Source of the DNA: an uncultured Acidobacteriota bacterium
Lineage (GTDB): Bacteria > Acidobacteriota > Thermoanaerobaculia > UBA5066 > Gp7-AA6
NCBI GenBank assembly: GCA_963764025.1
Contig: CAVXRK010000004.1
Coordinates: forward strand, 586,178-650,177
DNA: 64,000 bases
Reading direction: 5' to 3'
In this document: one piece after another, positions 59,694 to 64,000 of the stretch
Position numbering within the stretch: the first letter of the stretch is position 1
Layout: every line of letters starts with the position of its first letter
The notes under the pieces: model-generated
Databases searched by the model: none
Told to the model about the DNA's origin: nothing
What the model saw: only the letters and a program-made list of their open reading frames with translations
Position numbers and translations under genes: made by a program

Positions 59694-60229
59694 ATGAGCA
59701 TCCGATCGTCAGCCGCCGTCATTCTGATCTGCGGATTCACAGCACTCTCACTCGCACAAGCCCCACCAGAGCCCCCGAAGCCCGGCCCCGAGCACAAGAA
59801 GTTGGAGTACTTCGTTGGCACTTGGAGAATGGAAGGCGAGATTAAAGCCGAACGACGTATATGCCGGCCGGTAAGAGTGTCATCACCCCAACATATACAT
59901 TGGGTCCGGGGGGATTCTTTGTCGAGTTCCGCGGTGAAGGGGAAAATTACCCGACGACCCACGGAATCATGGCCTACGACAGCCAGGCGAAGCTCTACAC
60001 ACAATTTTACGCGAGCAGTGCCGGACTCATGGGTGGCGGCACAGCAACGGTTGACGGAAACACCTGGACGTGGATGCTTGAAGACAAGTGGGTTGGCAAA
60101 GCATTCAAAGGAAGAACGACAGTCACCGTCAAATCGGCCTCTCAGTTCACGGCCAAGTATGAATATCTCGACCCGAACGGCAGTTATGTAACGCTCGCAG
60201 AAGGCACCGCCACCAAAGTCGCGCCTTAG
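59694..60229 (+). pseudogene. DUF1579-family secreted protein, 1-bp deletion near 59853
   Basis: SD aaaggagaag. MSIRSSAAVILICGFTALSLAQA signal. ..KLEYFVGTWRMEGEIKAE then frame change to ..TTYMPAGKSVITPTYTLGPGGFFVEFRGEGEN... Confidence 0.6.
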
Positions 60230-60392
60230 AGACGCAGGCACCGCCGTTCGAAGTGGAGCAGAACCTGGTCCTCGCCCTCGACGCGAAGCGGGCTCGCCTC
60301 CCGGATCCGGACTTGGCGTCGATCCGAACCAGCTTCTCGACGCCTGCAGCGAGGTCTAGCAGGGGTTCACGGCGCTCCTGGAGCACGGCTTT

Positions 60393-60688
60393 CTAGGTGT
60401 GATTTCTCAACACGTTGTTCACGGCCACGGATCGCGGCTGGGCGGCCTTTTTCCCCCTCTCCCGGCGGGAGCCGTCCACCAGAGGCAGACCCACGGCGGT
60501 AGGCAACACCGGCGTGAGCCGGTGGTATCGGGTCGGGGCGAGGGGAACTCCTCGCTCGATCTGCCCACAACGCTCCTCATCTGGCCCGAGGTCCCAACCC
60601 CCTCACCCTGCCCTCTCCCCCTTTCGGGGGGAAGGGTTCTCCTATTTGACGTTCACCGGTGAACAACGTCCTGAGAAACGACACCTAG
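60393..60688. mobile_element. 296-bp non-autonomous MITE-like element bounded by ~30-bp imperfect terminal inverted repeats, carrying a family-B core and a CCCTCTCCCC hairpin
   Basis: Left ctaggtgtgatttctcaacacgttgttcac versus reverse complement of right ctaggtgtcgtttctcaggacgttgttcac (26/30). Interior 60463-60650 is homologous to 10945-11130 (reverse complement). Confidence 0.5.
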
Positions 60689-60742
60689 GTCAACCTTCAG
60701 TCTTCCCAGCTGCGTGAGCCAGTCTTGGATCTGGTTCCAACC

Positions 60743-60757
60743 GGGTTCGATTCCCGT
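60743..60757 (+). other. 15-nt fragment identical to the tRNA-Glu T-arm (gggttcgattcccgt), second att-like remnant
   Basis: Matches 56677-56691 of tRNA-Glu. Confidence 0.4.
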
Positions 60758-60882
60758 TCGGTCGAAACGACCGTCTCCTGATTTCTCGGCAATTTCCTAC
60801 GCGTCATTCACGACTGAACCGGGTTGCCGCGAGGCGCGACTTTACTCAGGAGCAACGCGAAAGAAGAAGGGACAATCGGGGG

Positions 60883-61428
60883 ATGACTCGCAGAACCGCC
60901 CGTCTTTTCGACGAGTATCTCGCCGCCGCCGCGCGAGCCGGCGACCGCGCCGCCTTCGGCCGTCTCGCCGAACGCTGGCAGCCGAAGCTCCTCTCCCACG
61001 CCTGGCGGTTGATGGGCGAGGCGGAGGCGGCGCGCGATGTCGTGCAGGACGCGTGGGCCGACATCGTGCGCGGGCTTGCGCGTCTCGACGATGCCGCCCT
61101 CTTTCCGGCCTGGGCTTATCGCATCGTATCGCGCCGCGCCGCGGATGCGATCCGGAAGCGCGGCCGCGCGCGACGGATCGGAACGACCTATGCCGCACAA
61201 GCTCCGCAAGCGGACGATAGGGCACGACGGATGGAGGCGGCAGCGGATGCGGGACCGCTCGCGAGAGCGATCGCAGGCCTTCCGCCGGATCAGCGTGCAA
61301 CAGTCGCGCTGTTCTACATCGAGGATTTTAGCGTCGCGGAAATCGCCGCGGCGACGGGCGTTCCGGCGGGCACCGTGAAGACCCGCCTGATGCATGCGCG
61401 GGCGAAATTGCGCGCCGCGCTTACTTAA
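60883..61428 (+). CDS. RNA polymerase sigma-70 factor, ECF subfamily
   Basis: ..LSHAWRLMGEAEAARDVVQDAWADIVRGLARLDD...FPAWAYRIVSRRAADAIRKR (region 2) ... VAEIAAATGVPAGTVKTRLMHARAKLR (region 4). Confidence 0.85.
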   Translation: MTRRTARLFDEYLAAAARAGDRAAFGRLAERWQPKLLSHAWRLMGEAEAARDVVQDAWADIVRGLARLDDAALFPAWAYRIVSRRAADAIRKRGRARRIGTTYAAQAPQADDRARRMEAAADAGPLARAIAGLPPDQRATVALFYIEDFSVAEIAAATGVPAGTVKTRLMHARAKLRAALT

Positions 61429-61439
61429 AGGAGAAGGCC

Positions 61440-61889
61440 ATGGATGATCTTGATCGGAAGATTGAAGAAGCCCTGAGCGTGGAAGACCGCGCCATCCTCG
61501 AGAAGTTCGGCGAGCAGGGCGTGTTTGGCTTGTGGTCCGGCGTCTATTCCGGCGCCATGGGCGGCCTTGCGGCTCTTGCGACGGTCGTCACATTTGCATT
61601 GTTTCTGGGCGCGGTTTACTGCGGCTGGAAGTTCTTCGGCGCGAGTGAGGCCATCGACGCCGCGCGCTGGGGCGTCGGCGCGGTCATGCTCATGGTGATG
61701 GTCGGCTTTCTGAAGTTGTGGTTCTGGCTTCGAATGGAATCGAACCGCGTCTTGCGCGAGGTAAAGCGTCTCGAATTGCAGATTCGCGCGCGCGAATGCT
61801 CGGTGAGAACACGCGGCGGCGCCAAAACAACGATGCGCGCGTCCGCTGCGTTCGTGTTGGCGTCGCCACGTTGCAGGCATGCTCCATGA
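61440..61889 (+). CDS. Small membrane protein downstream of the ECF sigma (possible anti-sigma or accessory factor)
   Basis: MDDLDRKIEEALSVEDRAILEKFGEQGVFGLWSGVYSGAMGGLAALATVVTFALFLGAVYCGWKFFG..AVMLMVMVGFLKLWFWL... C-terminal about 40 aa is of doubtful frame. Confidence 0.5.
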   Translation: MDDLDRKIEEALSVEDRAILEKFGEQGVFGLWSGVYSGAMGGLAALATVVTFALFLGAVYCGWKFFGASEAIDAARWGVGAVMLMVMVGFLKLWFWLRMESNRVLREVKRLELQIRARECSVRTRGGAKTTMRASAAFVLASPRCRHAP

Positions 61890-61922
61890 GAAGATTCAGA
61901 CCGCTGAGTAACGGAGCACGGC

Positions 61923-62264
61923 ATGACATGTCCTCCGAGGTTTGGCGGATGGCTGCTTGGCGCCGCTGCGCTGCTTCTCACCGCTGGCACAGGGGCTGGC
62001 CGAGGCCCCGGACCGAAGACGGACTCGCCAAAAGCCGACTGCGCTTTCAGCAACCGCAATTGGTCCGGCTGGTGCAGAGTGACTGTTTCATTGCCGCGGG
62101 ACCAAACGCCCCTGCAAGCCTGCGCCGTGGTCCTGAGTTGTCTCAACGGCAACAGCTCTGTCTGCCAGGGAAACATCATCCCTTGCCACGCATACGATGT
62201 TCGCAGTGGCTGGAAGATGGAAGAAGCTGTTCCAGCGCGACCGCAACCGACGCCAACTCGCTGA
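61923..62264 (+). CDS. Hypothetical small secreted Cys-rich protein (8 Cys), lower-GC
   Basis: MTCPPRFGGWLLGAAALLLTAG signal-like N-terminus. ..CAFSNRNWSGWCRVTVS..CAVVLSCLNGNSSVCQGNIIPCHAY.. Confidence 0.35.
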   Translation: MTCPPRFGGWLLGAAALLLTAGTGAGRGPGPKTDSPKADCAFSNRNWSGWCRVTVSLPRDQTPLQACAVVLSCLNGNSSVCQGNIIPCHAYDVRSGWKMEEAVPARPQPTPTR

Positions 62265-62400
62265 CCGATCCAATCAGCCGTAACGGCTACCGCGACTCCG
62301 CGGCTTCGCCAATTCAAGCCGCGTCCTCCGGACGCGACCCTCTCCAGGCGACGTCCATCGATAGAATCCTCCCTGCATCCGGATCCCAGATGCCTCGTGC

Positions 62401-63600
62401 GTGCTGCAAGATGGGGGAAGCTTGAGAGTCGCGATCAACGGAATCGGAGTCGGGGGTCCGACGCTGGCCTACTGGTTGCGCCGGTACGGCCACGATCCCG
62501 TGCTTTTCGAGAAGGCGCCGGCTCTGCGCTCGGAAGGCTACCTCATCGACTTCTGGGGCCTCGGCTACGCCATCGCCGAGCGCATGGGCCTTCTTCCGAC
62601 ACTGCACCAGAGCTGCTACCTGATGGAACGGCTGCGCATGGTGGACGCCGCCGGTCGCGATGACGCGACGCTCGACCTCGCCCCGATGCGCGAGATGCTC
62701 CGGGGGCGCTTCATCAGCCTCGCGCGGGCCGATCTCGCGAAGGCGCTCTTCGAAGCCTGTGGCGCGGTCCCGGCGCACTTCGGCGTATCGGTCACGGCGA
62801 TCGATCAGGATCACGACGAGGTCCTCGCCACCCTCTCCGACGGTCGGCAGGAGCGCTTCGATCTCGTGGTCGGCGCCGACGGGCTGCACTCGCGCGTGCG
62901 GGAGCTCGTGTTCGGCCCGGAAGCTCGCTTCGAGAAGTCGCTGGGCTGCTACGTCGCCGCCTTCCGGATCCGCGGATATCCCCGCCGCGACGAGCTCAGC
63001 TACGTCTCGCATACCGTCCCCAAGCGCCAGGTTGCTCGCGTCGCGCTCCGCAACGACGAGACCCTGGCCTTGCTCGTGTGCCGTGCGGAGCTCATCGACG
63101 GCGGTCTTCCCGAGGTGCCGCCGAAGGAGGCTCTTCGGCGGGCGTTCGGCGGAATGCGCTGGGAGGTGCCCGAGATCCTGGATGCCATGGATCGGTCCGA
63201 CGATTTTTATTTCGATCGCGTGAGCCAGATCCATTTGCCGAGGTGGTCCTCGGGGCGCGTCGGCCTGCTCGGCGACGCCGCCGCCTGCGCATCCCTTCTC
63301 GCCGGGGAAGGAACGGGGCTGGCGATGCTCGAAGCGTACGTGCTCGCCGGCGAGCTGCATCGGGCCGACGGCGATTTCGCGCGAGCTTTTGAGTCCTACG
63401 ACGCGCGACTGCGCTCGTTCATAACGGCCAAGCAGAAGGCCGCCCTGGGCTTCCGCGGATTCTTCGCTCCGCAGACCGCGCTGGGCCTGAAGGCGAGAAA
63501 CGCTCTCGTCAACGCCCTGTCCATCGGGTTCCTCGCGAAGCGCTTTCTCGCAACTCAACTGCGCGACGATTTCGAGCTGCCCGAGTATTCGGCGCCGTGA
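62401..63600 (+). CDS. FAD-dependent monooxygenase (FAD_binding_3, aromatic-ring hydroxylase family)
   Basis: GTG 62401, or TTG 62422 giving (M)RVAINGIGVGGPTLAYWLRRYGHDPVLFEKAP (GxGxxG) ...DLVVGADGLHSRVRE... ..GRVGLLGDAAA.. Confidence 0.8.
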   Translation: MLQDGGSLRVAINGIGVGGPTLAYWLRRYGHDPVLFEKAPALRSEGYLIDFWGLGYAIAERMGLLPTLHQSCYLMERLRMVDAAGRDDATLDLAPMREMLRGRFISLARADLAKALFEACGAVPAHFGVSVTAIDQDHDEVLATLSDGRQERFDLVVGADGLHSRVRELVFGPEARFEKSLGCYVAAFRIRGYPRRDELSYVSHTVPKRQVARVALRNDETLALLVCRAELIDGGLPEVPPKEALRRAFGGMRWEVPEILDAMDRSDDFYFDRVSQIHLPRWSSGRVGLLGDAAACASLLAGEGTGLAMLEAYVLAGELHRADGDFARAFESYDARLRSFITAKQKAALGFRGFFAPQTALGLKARNALVNALSIGFLAKRFLATQLRDDFELPEYSAP

Positions 63601-63801
63601 ACGAGCCGATTTCGGATTCGGCTGGCGAAACATGCTGGAGGATCGCGCGTTCCTCCCGCGCCGCGCTCCCCGGCGGACGCTCGCCCTCGACAACGTCCGG
63701 TCGTGCGACGACGACCTCGCCGGCCGCGTCGCGGTCGAGCTGACGAGACGCAGCCCGTGTGACAACGCTCGATGCAACCCGAACCGGTTCGACGCGATAT
63801 T

Positions 63802-64000
63802 TCACCCCAGCTTGATGAAACCCCCCGGATCCGTCCATTGACCGCGCTCGTAAAGGAAGCGGACGGCCTTATCCACGACGATCTGCCCGTCCTCGGGAGA
63901 AATCTCGATCTCTGCGCGCTCGAGCGGCCTTGGTGTCGGGCCCTCGAAGTTGATTCCCGAGACGTAGTAACCCGAACCGTGGCAGGGACACTTGAATTTG
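63802..64000 (-). CDS. Rieske [2Fe-2S] domain protein, C-terminal part (5' end beyond window)
   Basis: Reverse-strand translation ..KFKCPCHGSGYYVSGINFEGPTPRPLERAEIEISPEDGQIVVDKAVRFLYERGQWTDPGGFIKLG* contains the second Rieske box CPCHGS.Y. Confidence 0.6.
   Translation of the reverse strand, partial: KFKCPCHGSGYYVSGINFEGPTPRPLERAEIEISPEDGQIVVDKAVRFLYERGQWTDPGGFIKLG

Noticed and set aside
56627-60757. Integrase, transposase or phage genes defining an intact genomic island
   Set aside because: No recombinase-like ORF was found in any frame. Only att-like tRNA fragments and repeats remain, so mobility is inferred rather than demonstrated.
62314-63777. 487-aa minus-strand ORF
   Set aside because: It is antisense to the well-supported FAD monooxygenase, with R/G-rich low-complexity content.

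Overview
High-GC window (about 68-70% GC) with Acidobacteria-like gene content: a chromosomal segment of housekeeping and accessory genes, not a plasmid or phage. The dominant feature is a head-to-tail array on the minus strand, about 24.5-43.2 kb, of seven paralogous Hanks-type Ser/Thr protein kinases plus one 3' remnant. Each is fused via one transmembrane helix to a C-terminal TolB/PD40-like beta-propeller. The outer copies are intact and the inner copies carry one to several frameshifts. Other content: a DMT transporter, GAF protein, O-methyltransferase, M20 amidohydrolase, SSS and MFS transporters, an amidohydrolase and 3-hydroxyacyl-CoA dehydrogenase, an MqnA/D-family gene, a small Lys-rich peptide gene, a PadR regulator next to a Tat-exported three-subunit molybdo-oxidoreductase, mglBA, dnaX-ybaB-recR, two ECF sigma modules, a CGNR regulator, DPP-IV, HtpX, a MacA/MacB-like efflux cluster with triplicated permeases, tadA, and tRNA-Arg, tRNA-Ser and tRNA-Glu. 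The accessory right end (about 53-62 kb) holds a tRNA-Ser locus with tandemly repeated 5' halves, tRNA-Glu-derived att-like fragments, two dispersed repeat families (a hairpin MITE-like family and a 40-nt motif family), lower-GC patches and a TIR-bounded 296-bp element. Single-base frameshifts are unusually frequent across the whole window, which means either genuine gene decay or sequence/assembly error. Many starts are GTG/TTG, and several genes have a TATAAT/TAGAAT-like hexamer 6-14 nt upstream of the start codon, suggesting leaderless transcripts.
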